A stretch of DNA of 64,000 bases from Eledone cirrhosa (GCA_964016885.1 OZ024745.1:129270001-129334000), one strand, 5' to 3'. Shown: positions 42,201-58,356, counted from the first letter of the stretch. Made by a program: numbers and translations. Notes: generated by a model not told the origin, from the letters alone.

Positions 42201-42791
42201 CAAAACAACAAGAGGTAATTTCAGCAGATACAAGCCAGAAACCCTGAAGAATATGGAGTTTACATACACTAATGTCTTACAAAGATATACGATAATAAAA
42301 ATGAAGATAAAAATAATAAAATTATAATAAATAAGGATGTAGATAACATTAAGAACCATATTACAAATATAGTCCAAAGTCACCAACTTAAATCTAAACA
42401 AATTTGGTTATATAGAGCAGGAGTTATATATAACACAGTATAATACATTATAATAATAATATATCTATACCAACATTAAAATTCCATATATATATATATA
42501 GTTATATATATATATATATATATATATAGTTCCAATATATATATATAGTTATGTAATAAAATAAACAACATAAGATAATTATCTCATGTTGTTTATTACA
42601 TAACTAAAAGGCTCTGTAGCCTACATGGAGCACTCTTTTTCCTTTACCTTTCCTACGGAAATACTTCAATTATATATATATATATATATATACATATATG
42701 TGTGTGTGTGTGTGTCTATGTGTGTGTGTGTGTGTGTGAGTATGTGTGCGTATGCACTGTATGTATGTATATATATCTCTATGTATAGATA

Positions 42792-42822
<31 letters not shown>

Positions 42823-42890
42823 ATGTACTGTATGTATGTATATATGTATATATACATATATATGTGTGTGTATGTATGTATGTACTGCAT

Positions 42891-42924
<34 letters not shown>

Positions 42925-42925
<1 letters not shown>

Positions 42926-43385
42926 ATACTATTTATAGTTATGTATATATATAAACAACTATAAACAAGAAGGTCAGTAATTTCCTATTACCTTATTACC
43001 AGTAAGAGAAATAGTTCAATGTAAGAACATCAGTTGTTTTACAGAGCAGGAAAATAAATAAATTAGACAATGATCAAAGTTGTGTTCAAATCATTTAATA
43101 GCTGACAATCGTTTCTTCTAAACTCTCATTTGGCGTCATCGGAGCATTATCAATGTTTGTACATGTGATTCACCTCCTATTCAACTGAACAATAGTATAG
43201 ATACATATATATTGATGTTGTGAGTAACAGTTTCGTATTTACAGGGTGGAATGGATGTGACATATATTTCACGAGAATTGTACAAAAATTCAAATTCAAA
43301 TTAAAAGCGCAGAATGGAATACATGCTCACAACATCAATATATATGTATCTATACTATTGTTCAGTTGAATAGGAGGTGAATCAC
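42925..43385 (-). mobile_element. Hammerhead-bearing element (CCGATGA variant at 43101-43145) with inverted arms 43166-43224/43326-43385
   Basis: Reverse complement GCT CCGATGA CGCC..GAAAC GATT GTC AGC; 42925-43049 recurs at 33272-33404. Confidence 0.7.
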
Positions 43386-43388
43386 ACG

Positions 43389-44340
<952 letters not shown>

Positions 44341-44369
44341 TATATATATATACATATACATATATATGT

Positions 44370-44444
<75 letters not shown>

Positions 44445-44732
44445 TATGTGTGTGTACTCTAGATCTAACAAAAGAGATGTGAATAATTTACGTACTTATA
44501 TAAGGAAGAAGAAACAGGTCAGTAGAATTTGCTGCGCTCAGATTATTGTTGCCTAGTTACTGTAAATCTAACAAACCTGTGGCTTATACTGTCATATCTT
44601 TGTAAGCATGCACGTGCGCGTGGGTGTGCATGTTTGTGTGTACAGTTGTGTTTGTTAATGTGTATGTAATATATACACACCTACACAAACACACGCATCC
44701 ACACATATACATCAACACATACACATATATTA

Positions 44733-44770
<38 letters not shown>

Positions 44771-44773
<3 letters not shown>

Positions 44774-44957
44774 AAGGAAGTGTGGTAAGGAACCAGTACT
44801 CAATACTTAGGGTAGTAGAGTGGGTAATTGGAAATTGTTCAAGAACCCGACGGCAGAGCTCAAGCCGTTTCGACGGCTATTTCTGGACTATTTGCGTCCA
44901 CAAACAGCCGTCGAAACGGCTTGAGCTCTGCCGTCGGGGTCCTGAGCATTTTCCTAT
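44771..44957. mobile_element. Fold-back element in (TA)n, same family as 7695-7836
   Basis: CCCGACGGCAGAGCTCAAGCCGTTTCGACGGCT / AGCCGTCGAAACGGCTTGAGCTCTGCCGTCGGG inverted arms. Confidence 0.8.
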
Positions 44958-44981
44958 ATATATATACATATATATATATAT

Positions 44982-45338
44982 TTGAAACTGGACACTGACC
45001 AAGAAACTCACTCAGATGGTGGATGGGTGCTACACGAGAATGCTGAAGATGGCTCTGAACATTAATCAGTATACACTGAGGATGAAAAACTCAGAGCTGT
45101 ATGGGAGCCTCCCAAAGGTCAGCTCAAAAGTGATACAGAGGAGACTGAGGTTAGCTGGACATGCTCACCGGCATTCAGAGTTGACATTGCACTCAGTGCT
45201 CCTGTGGGAGCCCCTACATGGACACACTGGAAGAAGAAGACCAAGGTTAACGTATGTTGATGCCCTAAGGACAGACACTGGTCTGTTGGAGACGCAGGAC
45301 ATGGCAGCGATAATGAGGGACAGAGACCGCTGGAGAGA
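44982..45338 (+). mobile_element. Second copy of the 43.5-kb RTE fragment, truncated at both ends
   Basis: Near-identical to 43938-44295 with scattered substitutions. Confidence 0.92.
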
Positions 45339-45608
45339 AGAAATAAAAGAAAATTGCGGAGTATATGAACCAACCACTCAGTCATACTTACAAACTTTTC
45401 TTCTCAGCCAACTTGATTGCATTGAAAAAGAATGAGAGAGATTTACATTGATAGATGCATATATACATGGATACATTACAAACGTCTATTTACCACCCTG
45501 TCTCTCAAACCTCTCTCGTACGCACACATTCACGTTGTCTCTTCCTCTGTATGTAGACCCACAGACATGCATTCACACACACATGCACACACACACACAC
45601 ACACACAC

Positions 45609-45668
<60 letters not shown>

Positions 45669-45727
45669 CAAGGCTCTGATACCATCACCACTATAAACAC
45701 AGAGCTGGCATATCTAAGAACTGACTA

Positions 45728-45783
45728 ACTGCCTGATGAAGTCATAGCCATTCAATGGCTATCATCGAAATATATATAGCAGT
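45728..45783 (+). ncRNA. Type I hammerhead ribozyme motif (family B)
   Basis: ACTGC CTGATGA AGTCATAGCCA ttcaa TGGCTATCATC GAAA TATATA TA GCAGT; compensatory stem II change versus the 14175 copy (ACAGCCA/TGGCTGT vs ATAGCCA/TGGCTAT). Confidence 0.85.
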
Positions 45784-45794
45784 AAATAAAGGAT

Positions 45795-45827
<33 letters not shown>

Positions 45828-45973
45828 GTGAGGTTTTTTTACAAAATGAAAAATAACCGAGGTGTACTACACGAGTGAAAGTATAAAAAAAAAAAGATGA
45901 AATCGAAAATGCAACTGGAGTTCTTCTGCTTTTCAAAAGTAGAGTTGAAATGGAGGATCTATGGTTTTTCTCA

Positions 45974-46081
<108 letters not shown>

Positions 46082-46818
46082 AGAATCGCAGTGGTCAACG
46101 ACTTTCGGCGACTTACGACCAAGATAACTTGCAGATCAGTTATGGTGTACCTCAGGCAGTACGGTAAATAGAGAATTGATAGTCTTCGATTAATTGAGAT
46201 TATTCACACAATTATTACACAGTATTTCCTCTAGCAATGTTCATATTCTAAAAACTACTAACACGCTTTACACCTCCATTAAAATTAACTAAATAAACTT
46301 TTCGAAAATATAGAACACACAATATGGGTGTAAATCTAGTTTTTGTCCGGATAATCTCAGTTGATCTTAATTTCCCAACTACCTACCAAGTTAAAACCAT
46401 TTCAAAGTTCACCAGGGGGAAGTTTGGAATACTTTTAACTATAGATAGTGAAAACGCCGGACGTATCCATACTTGTGTATGAGTATTTTTGTAAAATCAG
46501 ATAAGGCAAATAAATATAAACAGCCAAAAAAGAACATCATGACGCCCCCTACATTAAATTGCTATTAGATAATGTGACAATTACTCAATAAAAACAGGCA
46601 CGAGATCGATTTACCGCATCAAAGATTAGTGAAAACAACCCACCACCAGATTATAGAAGGTTTCAATATACGCAAGCCGTTTGGAACCTTCCATATTCAC
46701 AAATGAAACCTCACTCATATACCTAGCAATTAACTGAAGGATCGCGGTATATCAGAGAGAGAAAGAAAGAGGAAAACAGAAACCCTAGTTTAATAGTGCA
46801 TCGGTAAACATGATGTAG

Positions 46819-47152
46819 AGGCGACGAATTGCTTGAGTCGTTAGAACGTCGGATAGAGTGCTTTGCTCTATTCATTTTGGCCCTCTGCTCTCCGAGTTCA
46901 AATCCCACCAAGGTCAACTTTGTCTTTCATCGATTCAAGAACAATAAAAAAAAAGTACCAGTTTAGTACTGGGTCAATTCTTTCTCTGTGTACCTTTCTT
47001 ACTTTTATTCTTTCAGTCTCTTTCCTTCTCTGGAAGAAATCTACTGTATTCAGACGAGGAGAAGAGATAGACAACATCAAATTTAACAAAAATGCCATAG
47101 AAACGCCGTATATCAGTACAGCACATCCCCGACTTCCTCGGGGATTACGGGA
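46819..47152 (+). mobile_element. SINE family 2
   Basis: tRNA head with GAGTTCAAATCC, core, pyrimidine tract, family-2 tail. Confidence 0.82.
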
Positions 47153-48680
47153 TCATACATACAAATATGGTTTACTATGCTCATAGTTGTTTCCATGTCT
47201 TGTGATTTATAAATAGCCATACAAATATATCCATTTTGACCAAACTTGCAAATAAAATGGAGTAAGAAGCTAATAATTTCAGCTGAATGATTTGGTCAAG
47301 TATTTATGATTGCTGTTAATTGGAAAGGTTTCAGTTACATTATCTTATATTTGTTGCTTCCTCACTTTTATACAACAAAGTGAACTGGCAACGTGGACAT
47401 GAAGCCAAACTAAAACATAACTCTATACTTTATTCTATATTGCTCGTCAATATAGAATAGAATGTTTTCCACGTCTGCGTACAAGAAGTCTTAACAGTGA
47501 GAGCCGGAATAGTAGTAGCAGAGACTATTGTATTTGTAATAATAGTAATTTTAAATCCATCACACAAGAATCGGCCAGAAATTTCAGCAGAGGAATCGCT
47601 GAATATAAAGTTATATAAATCAGATATAGTTCTTCCAAAAGTTTTATTCAGTGATTTGAGACTATCACAATTCCTCTTGCTTTTATTTGACCACTGAGTT
47701 GACGCCTGTTCACCTTGGCTGATATTACATTAACATATCACATGTACACACGACAATTTTCACATTTCCCTATAAAGTCCATCTACCTAATGGATTCCAA
47801 CTGACATTATCTGAACTGTCTTACTCTTCTGCGAGGGAGAGGGAGAGAGAGAGATAGAAAGAGAGAGAGAGGGATATATATATATATATATAGAGAGAGA
47901 TAGAGTGAGAGAGAGATAGAGTGAGAGAGAGATAGAGTGAGAGAGAGAGAGAGAGAGAGGGTGGCTTATAGTAACGATAAATACGCATGTATTTCTCGAT
48001 TTATCAATGAAACCTCGGGCAATAAACTAGTACAATACTGAACATTTCGATAGAGACCACATGCTATGACACAAATCATTTCCATGATAACAGGAATCAA
48101 CAATATTTATTAGGCAGACGACAGTTAGAAACATCAAGAAAATACATAGTTTATTCAATGATACCGATATCTTAAATTTTCTTTTGCTGATTTAAACTGG
48201 AAACCGGTCTAATTATGATCATGATCCTAATGAGGTTTACTGATTCTGATCCACTTCCGTATCCTCTTCCAATTCTTCATCCTCGTCAATCTCCTTTTCC
48301 TCCTCGTCCTTTTAATTTCCCATCTCCATCTCCATCTCCATCTCCATCTCTTTCGCTTCGTACTTCTCCTCCTCATTATCATCTTCAGCAACAAAAATAA
48401 CAATAGTGCGTCTAATATTACATATGTATTGACTGTTATCTTTTGTATTCTTATTTTATTTCTACATCTAAATCAACAGACCTCACTAGCGATTCCCCTA
48501 TAAAGGAACTGTACTGCCATGTTATGATGAAATCGGTGTTATTAGAATCATTGCTGTAGAGCAGTGGTACTTAACCCTTTGTTGCCAATGGCACACCTTC
48601 GAACACAGGAACAAATAGCGGCACACCTGGCTAAATATATATGAAAAATATTTGAATTTTACAAAATAAAAATATGGCAA

Positions 48681-51104
48681 ATCATAGACGGTATACAACT
48701 GTAGACAGAGACTAGTCATATACGGTATACACTGTAGACAGAGACTAGTCATAGACGGTATACAACTGTAGACAGAGATTAGTCATAGACGGTATACAAC
48801 TGTAGACACAGACAAGTCATAGACGGTATACAACTGTAGACAGAGACTAGTCATAGACGGTATACAACTGTAGACACAGACTAGTCATAGACGGTATACA
48901 ACTGTAGACAGAGACTAGTCATAGACGGTATACAACTGTAGACAGAGACTAGTCATAGACGGTATACAACTGTAGACATAGACTAGTCATAGACGATATA
49001 CAACTGTAGACAGAGACTAGTCATAGACGGTATACAACTGTAGACACAGACAAGTCATAGACGGTATACAACTGTAGACACAGACAAGTCATAGAGGGTA
49101 TACAACTGTAGACACAGACAAGTCATAGAGGGTATACAACTGTAGACACAGACAAGTCATAGAGGGTATACAACTGCAGACATAGACAAGTCACAGACGG
49201 TATACAACTGTAGACACAGACTAGTCATAGACGATATACAACTGTAGACACAGACAAGTCATAGACGGTATACAACTGTAGACACAGACAAGTCATTGAC
49301 GGTATACAACTGTAGACAGAGACTAGTCATAGACGATATACAACTGTAGACACAGACAAGTCATTGACGGTATACAACTGTAGACAGAGACTAGTCATAG
49401 ACGGTATACAACTGTAGACAGAGACTAGTCATAGACTGTATACAACTGTAGACAGAGACAAGTCATAGACGGTATACAACTGTAGACAGCGACTAGTCAT
49501 TGACGGTATACAACTGTAGACTGAGACTAGTCACAGACGGTATACAACTGTAGACACAGACTAATCATAGACGGTATACAACTATAGACACAGACAAGTC
49601 ATTGACGGTATACAACTGTAGACACAGACTAGTCATAGACGGTATACAACTGTAGACACAGACTAGTCATAGACTGTATACAACTGTAGACACAGACAAG
49701 TCATAGACGGTATACAACTGTAGACAGAGACTAGTCATAGACGATATACAACTGTAGACACAGACAAGTCATAGACGGTATACAACTGTAGACACAGACT
49801 AGTCATAGACGGTATACAACTGTAGACATAGACTAGTCATAGACGGTATACAACTGTAGACAGAGACTAGCCATAGACGGTATACAACTGTAGACACAGA
49901 CAAGTCATAGACGGTATACAACTGTAGACACAGACAAGTCATAGACGGTATACAACTGTAGACACAGACTAGTCATAGACGGTATACAACTGTAGACAGA
50001 GACAAGTCATAGACGGTATACAACTGTAGACACAGACAAGTCATAGACGGTATACAACTGTAGACAGAGACAAGTCATAGACGGTATACAACTGTAGACA
50101 GAGACAAGTCATAGACGGTATACAACTGTAGACTCAGACAAGTCATAGACGGTATACAACTGTAGACACAGACTAGTCATAGACGGTATATACAACTGTA
50201 GACACAGACTAGTCATAGACGGTATACAACTGTAGACACAGACAAGTCATAGACGGTATAAAACTGTAGACAGAGACAAGTCATAGACGGTATACAACTG
50301 TAGATAGAGACAAGTCATAGACGGTATACAACTGTAGACACAGACAAGTCATAGACGGTATACAACTGTAGACAGAGACTAGTCATAGACGGTATACAAC
50401 TGTAGACACAGACAAGTCATAGACGGTATACAACTGTAGACACGGACAAGTCATAGACGGTATACAACTGTAGACACAGACAAGTCATAGACGGTATACG
50501 ACTGTAGACACAGACTAGTCATAGACGGTATACAACTGTAGACAGAGACTAGTCATAGACGGTATTCACTGTAGACAGAGACAAGTCATAGACGGTATAC
50601 AACTGTAGATACAGACAAGTCATAGACGGTATACAACTGTAGACACAGACAAGTCATAGACGGTATACAACTGTAGACACAGACTAGTCATAGACGGTAT
50701 ACAACTGTAGACACAGACAAGTCATAGACGGTATACAACTGTAGACACAGACTAGTCATAGACGGTATACAACTGTAGACACAGACAAGTCATAGACGGT
50801 ATACAACTACAGACACAGACAAGTCATAGACGGTATACAACTGTAGACATAGACTAGTCATAGACGGTATACAACTGTAGACACAGACAAGACATAGACG
50901 GTATACAACTGTAGACACAGACAAGACATAGACGGTATACAACTGTAGACACAGACTAGTCATAGACGGTATACAACTGTAGACACAGACAAGTCATAGA
51001 CGGTATACAACTGTAGACACAGACTAGTCATAGACGGTATACAACTGTAGACACAGACAAGTCATAGACGGTATACAACTGTAGACAGAGACAAGTCATA
51101 GACA
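48681..51104. repeat. 34-bp minisatellite AGTCATAGACGGTATACAACTGTAGACA(C/G)AGAC(T/A), ~71 units
   Basis: Period 34 (48781, 48815, 48849...); no spacers. Confidence 0.97.
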
Positions 51105-51200
51105 CATAGAATGACTCAAACTAAATAAAGAAAAACACAGCTATGAACTTACTTTATTGCAGTGTTTCGAATTTCATCAGTCAAATAGCTGACTTCTTTA

Positions 51201-51597
51201 GTGAGAAATTCGTGCGAAATTTGTGAGAAATTTGTGAGAAATTTGTGAGAAATTTGTGAGAAATTTGTGAGAAATTTGTGAGAAATTTGTGAGAAATTTG
51301 TGAGAAATTTGTGAGAAATTTGTGAGAAATTTGTGAGAAATTTGTGAGAAATTTGTGAGAAATTTGTGAGAAATTTGTGAGAAATTTGTAAGAAATTTGT
51401 GAGAAATTTGTGAGAAATTTGTGAGAAATTTGTGAGAAATTTGTGAGAAATTTGTGAGAAATTCGTGAGAAATTTGTGAGAAAAATGTGAGAAATTTGTG
51501 AGAAATTTGTGAGGTATTTGTGAGAAATTCGTGAGAAATTTGTGAGAAATTTGTGAAAATTTTGTGAGAAATTTGTGAGAAATTTTTGAGAAATTCC
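51201..51597. repeat. 11-bp minisatellite GAGAAATTTGT, ~36 units
   Basis: Direct reading. Confidence 0.97.
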
Positions 51598-51916
51598 TAA
51601 ATTCCTCAATGTTTGGTCGAATATGAAACAGACACACCCTAATTTCTTCTTCCGTTTTACGTAATCGCATTTTCTTAGTGTGCTGTTCAAAATTCCGCGG
51701 CACACTTAGGAAGATCTCGCGGCACACTGGTTAAGAATTACTGCTCTAGTGTGTGGCGGTTGGTTTACCTGCTATACACGCTAGCTGTATCATAACCAAA
51801 CTAATCGATTGATCAATCATTCAATATTTGGAGTAGAATGATGAACACACATTAGAGTAGTCTGTTAGAAAATACTGAAGAACAATTTATCATACTATTA
51901 TTTTAATTCAAGATCA

Positions 51917-52142
51917 GCGTGGTGGATTGGCGGTATTGGTAGAGGGTCGGACGCCATGCTTTGCAGCATAGAGTTACGGCCCTTTACGGACTGAGTTCAA
52001 ATCCCGCCGAGGGTAACTTTGCTTTTCATCCTTACGGCTTCGATAAAATAAAGTACCAGTAATGCACTGGGGTCAATTTAATCGACGTTCTCCTCTCCTT
52101 AACAAAATTGCTGGCCTTGTGCCTAAAGTAGAAAGAATTATT
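51917..52142 (+). mobile_element. SINE family 1 (long form)
   Basis: Full head/core/tail. Confidence 0.9.
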
Positions 52143-52559
52143 TTAGTTCAAGGTAGATGAACTTAGTTCGATATAGATGAAACAAAATGAAATTATTGAT
52201 GAAACCGATTTATGTATGATTTTATTGATATATACATTTATATTGTATATATTTAAATATACAATCGTCTTTCAATATATTTCATATGTTTTAAGATTCC
52301 ATAGCGTATTAGTATACTTTGTATATATTAAAATATACTATAGCTTATCAATACAGTGTATCGATATTTATAGATATCGTTGCAAGTCAATATATGATGT
52401 ATATATTAAAGATTTCTATAACATATTGATGAAATGTACATATATTTAAAGGAACTATATAATGTAAATAGATGTTGCTAGTCATATTTTGATGTCTTCA
52501 GTTGAACTTTACCAGTTTTTGGCGATATAGATAAAAAAAAAAAACCCTGTGAAATAATG

Positions 52560-53340
52560 GAACAAGGCCACCTCATTTTAGGGAGGGAAAATCGATTAAA
52601 ATTGACCCCAGTGCATTGCTGATACTTTAATTTATCGAACCCGTAACGATGAAAGGCAAAGTTAACATTGGTGGGATTTCAACTAGGAAAGTAATGGGCC
52701 GTAACTCTATGCTGTAGAGCGTGTTGTCTGACGCTCTAGCTATACAGCCAAATAATGATTTCTACTTTAGGCACAAGGCCAGTAATTTAGTGAGAGGGGA
52801 AAGTTGATTAAATCGACCTCCAGTACGTTACTGGTACTTTATTTTATCAACCCCCGTAAGGATGAAAGGCAAAGTTAACCTCGGCGGGATTTGATCTCAG
52901 AAAGTAAAGAGACGTAACTATGCCGCGAAGCAAGGTATCCGATGCTCTACCGATTCTGCCAATCCACCGCCCTTACACTGCCAAATAATGATTTCTAATA
53001 TAGGCAGAAGGCCAGTAATTTGGGAAGAGGAGAAAGTCGATTAAATCGACTCCAGTACATTACTGGTACTTTATTTTATCGACCCCCGTAAGGATGAGAG
53101 GCAAAGTTAACCTCGGTGGGATTTGAACTCAGACAGTAAAGGACCGTAACTCTATGCTACAAAGCATGGTGTCCTACTCTCTACCGATACTGTCCATCTC
53201 CACCGCCCTGATATTGCCAAATAATTGTTTCTACTTTTGGCACAAGGCCAGCAATTAACCAGTGTATTACTGGTACTTTATTTTATCGACCCCGTAAGGA
53301 TGAAAGGCAAAGTTAACCTCGGCGGGATTTGAACTCAGAT
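52560..53340 (-). mobile_element. SINE family 1, four tandem copies
   Basis: Separated by repeated GCCAAATAAT target duplications. Confidence 0.9.
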
Positions 53341-54000
53341 ATTGCCAAATAATGCAATCAGTTGGCATGACAAAGAAAAGAACGAAATCTGTGTTTTTAT
53401 ATCCCAGTTGGAAATATTCAAAGATATTTGATATTTTATATATAATATATATTTTACATTTACATGCTAAATACTATAAAGTATTATATATTTTACATAT
53501 ATATTTAAATATACTATAGTACACCAAATATGATACATTTAAATTTAGTAGATACAACAGTGTTTTAAATATTTCATATTGTGTATAACGATATCATTGT
53601 CCATTCTGCATCTCTCACACACAGGCTGACACACACATATTGAGTCGAGACAGATATTTATATACAATGTTAACATCTTTGAATTCACATTTTTCTTTTG
53701 AAAGACGTTGAAATTTAAAGAGAGTAAGAAAGAGTGAAAAAGACATGGGTCATAATTTATTTGTACAAAGAGGCCTTTAGTAATCGTTTTGTTTACGGCT
53801 TTTATTTTAAGATAAATAGATAGACAAAGAATGAAAGGGTCAACGGTCCAGATTGTTGCATTTACAAATATACAATCACAGGCTTTCATTTCGAGAGTTG
53901 GATGGATGATATTTATCAGTTTTTATTTTCATAGAGAGAGAAAAAAAATACGCAGGGAGAGAGGGTGAGGGATAGAGAGAGAGAGAGAGGTAGAGAGAGC

Positions 54001-54062
<62 letters not shown>

Positions 54063-54474
54063 GAGAGAGAGAAAATGTTGAATGGGTTTTGGTTCTTCAG
54101 CATTGGTTCAAAATGAAGCTTTATTACAAAGCTTTCCTTATGTCACCACACTCAGCTATTTAACACATTTCTCATAAAAGTTAACGACTCGTCAGCATGC
54201 CAAATCTTGCAGCAAAGACTGCAACACTAAAGCAAGAGGAATTTATGCATTGCGCACACGCCTTGGTACATACAGGGAGACAACGGCTGCAACGAACCAA
54301 AATTAAGATACTTTTAATAAAAAACAAAAAGTGTATGATATATTTTACATATATGGGCACAGATACTATAACACATTAAATATTTGGCATATAGGTATAG
54401 AGTTACTATTGCGTATTATATAAGTTCTAGAAGTTTTTTTCCATACGCTGATGCGTATGTATATATGTATGTGA

Positions 54475-54813
54475 CAGGGGCGAAGGGTCCGTGCATGCAA
54501 CGCATGCAGTGCATGCGTTATAGAATCTTGAGTTGATCAATTGCGTCGGTTGAAGCAAGCAGTATAGACACAAAAAAGATAACACACATACACACAAACA
54601 CACGCCAGCTTTAGAGCAAGCAGCATTTTGACTGCTTACTAAATCGTAGACACATAAGATAACACACACACACTAGATAACACTACATGCGGCTTTGACC
54701 GGGAGGGTCATTTAGAGGGAATTGGAGGAGGGGGGGGTAAGGCTGCACAGCCCCACTTTCCGCCATGGCGATTGAACTACATGCCCTGCTTTCCAGGTTA
54801 CCCTTCGCCACTG
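54475..54813. mobile_element. hAT-type MITE, 339 bp
   Basis: 14-bp TIR CAG(G/T)GGCGAAGGGT; perfect 8-bp TSD GTATGTGA (54467-54474, 54814-54821). Confidence 0.88.
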
Positions 54814-55196
54814 GTATGTGAGTATGTGTATGTGCATATGCATACATTTATATATATGAGTATATAAATATAAACACGCAAACACAGACACACTTACAAA
54901 AATACACACTCACAGACATTCATTCACACAAATACACACACGCATTCACACAAGAACACACACATACATTTACTCAAGTACACACATACAAATACACTCA
55001 CACACCAGCGTGGGGTTTTCACAATCCCCTTCCATTTTACACACACATACTTTCACTCAGGCAGCAGACGTAAAGAGAGGGGAGTAGTATGAGGTAGTCA
55101 AACTACATCTCTCTCTTTTACGTGTGTGACAGAATCGCAGAAATTTATATATAGATTATATGCTAAGTTTTACTAACGCAGTTATAATAGCTTACA

Positions 55197-55376
55197 TAAT
55201 TGTTTCTACTTTTGGCACAAGGCCAGCAATTACCCAGTGCATTACTGGTACTTTATTTTATCGACCCCGTAAGGATGAAAGGCAAAGTTAACCTCGGCGG
55301 GATTTGAACTCAGTCCGTAAAGGGACGTAACTGTGCTGCAAAGCATGGCGTCCGACCCTCTACCGATACTGCCAAT
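55197..55376 (-). mobile_element. SINE family 1 (short, young form)
   Basis: Near-consensus reverse complement. Confidence 0.92.
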
Positions 55377-55392
55377 TTATAATGTGTAATGA

Positions 55393-55511
55393 TAACTCAC
55401 GAGGGAGTCATAGAGGCGCCGTGTTGACATGCGCTGTTTCTAGGGCAATTTTTAAATCTGGCAGAGCCCATCTCCTCTCCACGCCTGAATACAGCAGATT
55501 TATTCCTGAGG

Positions 55512-55589
<78 letters not shown>

Positions 55590-55660
55590 TTCGACTCCAA
55601 CAATAGACTGGTGCTTTTTCATCGACCGCCAAATGATGAAAGGCAAATTTGACCTCGAAT
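55393..55660 (-). mobile_element. SINE family 2 with internal (GA)n expansion
   Basis: Core at 55605-55660, (GA)n, family-2 tail at 55393-55515. Confidence 0.75.
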
Positions 55661-56111
55661 AATAGCATAGCTTAATATATATTTTACATATAGTTGTAAT
55701 AAAGATATCATAGCGTACATTCCTTTGTTCTTTTACTAGTTTCAACCATTAAACAACAGCCATATTTTATATTTTAGTATACGATATTCTATCGGTAAAA
55801 ATTTTATACACTTTACCGACACATTTCGTATGTATGTATATATTAATGTAGACTTTAGAGTTTCTTTGATAAAGCATAAAATGACCTTCGTTATCTCGCG
55901 TTTCAGTGCTCAACTTTCACCAATTTTATGTTGGTAAAATTGTATTTTCTTTTGATATACTTTATTCCATATTAACATTTTATCGAGGTTTCATGTCGTT
56001 CGTGTTAGTGCAGGATGGAGGATTCACAAAACCTTACACTGTGTGGTTTATCGCAGACGACTACTTGTAAAGCAAATGATTGTAACTGATTTACACATGA
56101 CATCACGATCA

Positions 56112-56567
<456 letters not shown>

Positions 56568-56999
56568 TTGAGTCAATGTTGCCAGCACTATCCCAAACAG
56601 TTATATTTCTACCAATTATACAAGGAAACCTTCAAACATAAGCGGCATGGTGTAGCCGTATATCAGCCGCGGGTTCAGAAACTAAATTACGCATAAACAA
56701 GCAAGAAGGGCCTTTATTTGGTTATTTGACAGGCTAGAATTAAGGTTAAAATGACACTGTAACTCGTAAAAATGATAGTTAAAACGACATTGGATAAATA
56801 TCGTAATAGAAACACGATGATTCAATGGCATACATCAAAGGTTGATAATCCTTTGATCATAGGTCTGCTCAGTCAAGGTTGATTTGGAACTAAACAACAT
56901 CACAGTTCCATCTGTTAGAAATAGCAGCCAGAAACGTTGCAATCTGCATCGTCATTATGACCAACTCGATCAATCCACGCTGACGACAGAGGCCACCTT

Positions 57000-58356
57000 C
57001 ACCAACAACCCCCCCCCCCCCTCCACTACCACCACTGTGACGATGAGGAGGGCTACGATGTTTGCACCAACACCACCACCACAACTACTACCGCTACCAC
57101 CACCACTACTACTACCACCACCACCACCACCACTACTACTACTACCCACTGTCACCACTAACACATCCACCACCACTGCAACCACCACAACCAACACTAC
57201 TAACACCACCACCACCAGACCCCCCCCCACCACTAACGTCACCACCACCACCACCACCACCACCACCATCACCACCACCACCACCACCACCACCACCACC
57301 ATCACCACCACCACCACCACCACCGCCACTACCGCCGCCGACGCCGCCACCACCACCACCACCACCGCAGCCACCGCCGCCAACAGCACCACCACCACCA
57401 CCACTACCACTACCAACACCACCACCACCACCACCACCACCACCATCCCCAACACCACCAACACCACCACCACCAACACTACCACCACCACCACCATCAC
57501 CAACAACAACAACAACGACAACAAAGCCACCAACACCACCACCACCACCACCACTACCACCACCACCACCAACACCACCACTACCACCACCACCACCATC
57601 ACCAACAACAACAACAACGACAACAAAGCCACCAACACCACCACCACCACCACCACCACCAACACCACCAACACCACCATCACCACCACCAACACCACCA
57701 CTACCACCACTACCATCACCAACACCACCACCACCACTACCACTACCACCACCACCACCACCACCACTACCACCACTACCACCACCACCACCATCACCAA
57801 CACCACCACCACCACTACCACCACCACCACCACCACCACTACCACTACCACCACCACCACCACTACCACTACCATCACCACCACAACCACAATCACCACC
57901 ACCACCACCACCACCACCACCACCACTAACACCACCATCACCACCACTACCACCACCACCACCATCACCAACAACAACAACAACGACAACAAAGCCACCA
58001 ACACCACCACCACCACCACCACCACCACCACCACCATCACCATCACCAACACCACCACTACCACTACCACCACCACCACCACCACCACCACCACCACCAC
58101 CACCACCACCACCACCACCACCATCACCAACACCACCAACACCACCACTACCACCACTACCACCACCACCACCACCACCACCACCATCACCACCACCACC
58201 AACACCACCACTACCACCACCACCACTACCACCACCACCACCACCACCACCACTACCACCACCACCACCACCACCACCACCACTACCACCACCACTACCA
58301 CCACCACCACCACCATCACTAACACCAACAACAACAACAACGACAACAACAACAAA
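57000..58356. repeat. (ACC)n degenerate microsatellite with higher-order block ..AACAACGACAACAAAGCC..
   Basis: Direct reading; block repeated 3-4 times. Confidence 0.95.

Larger units (their letters stand above)
48562..51743. mobile_element. hAT (Charlie-like) MITE expanded by internal minisatellites
   Basis: TIR CAGTGGTACTTAACC / GGTTAAGAATTACTG; 8-bp flanks CTGTAGAG / CTCTAGTG (NTCTAGAN-like); subterminal GGCACAC motifs at both ends. Confidence 0.8.

Noticed and set aside
48681-51104. 34-bp repeat as a CRISPR array
   Set aside because: Units are directly adjacent with no unique spacers, there are no cas genes, and the context is eukaryotic
51149-51727. 192-aa repeat protein ORF
   Set aside because: Translation of the 11-bp minisatellite inside the MITE
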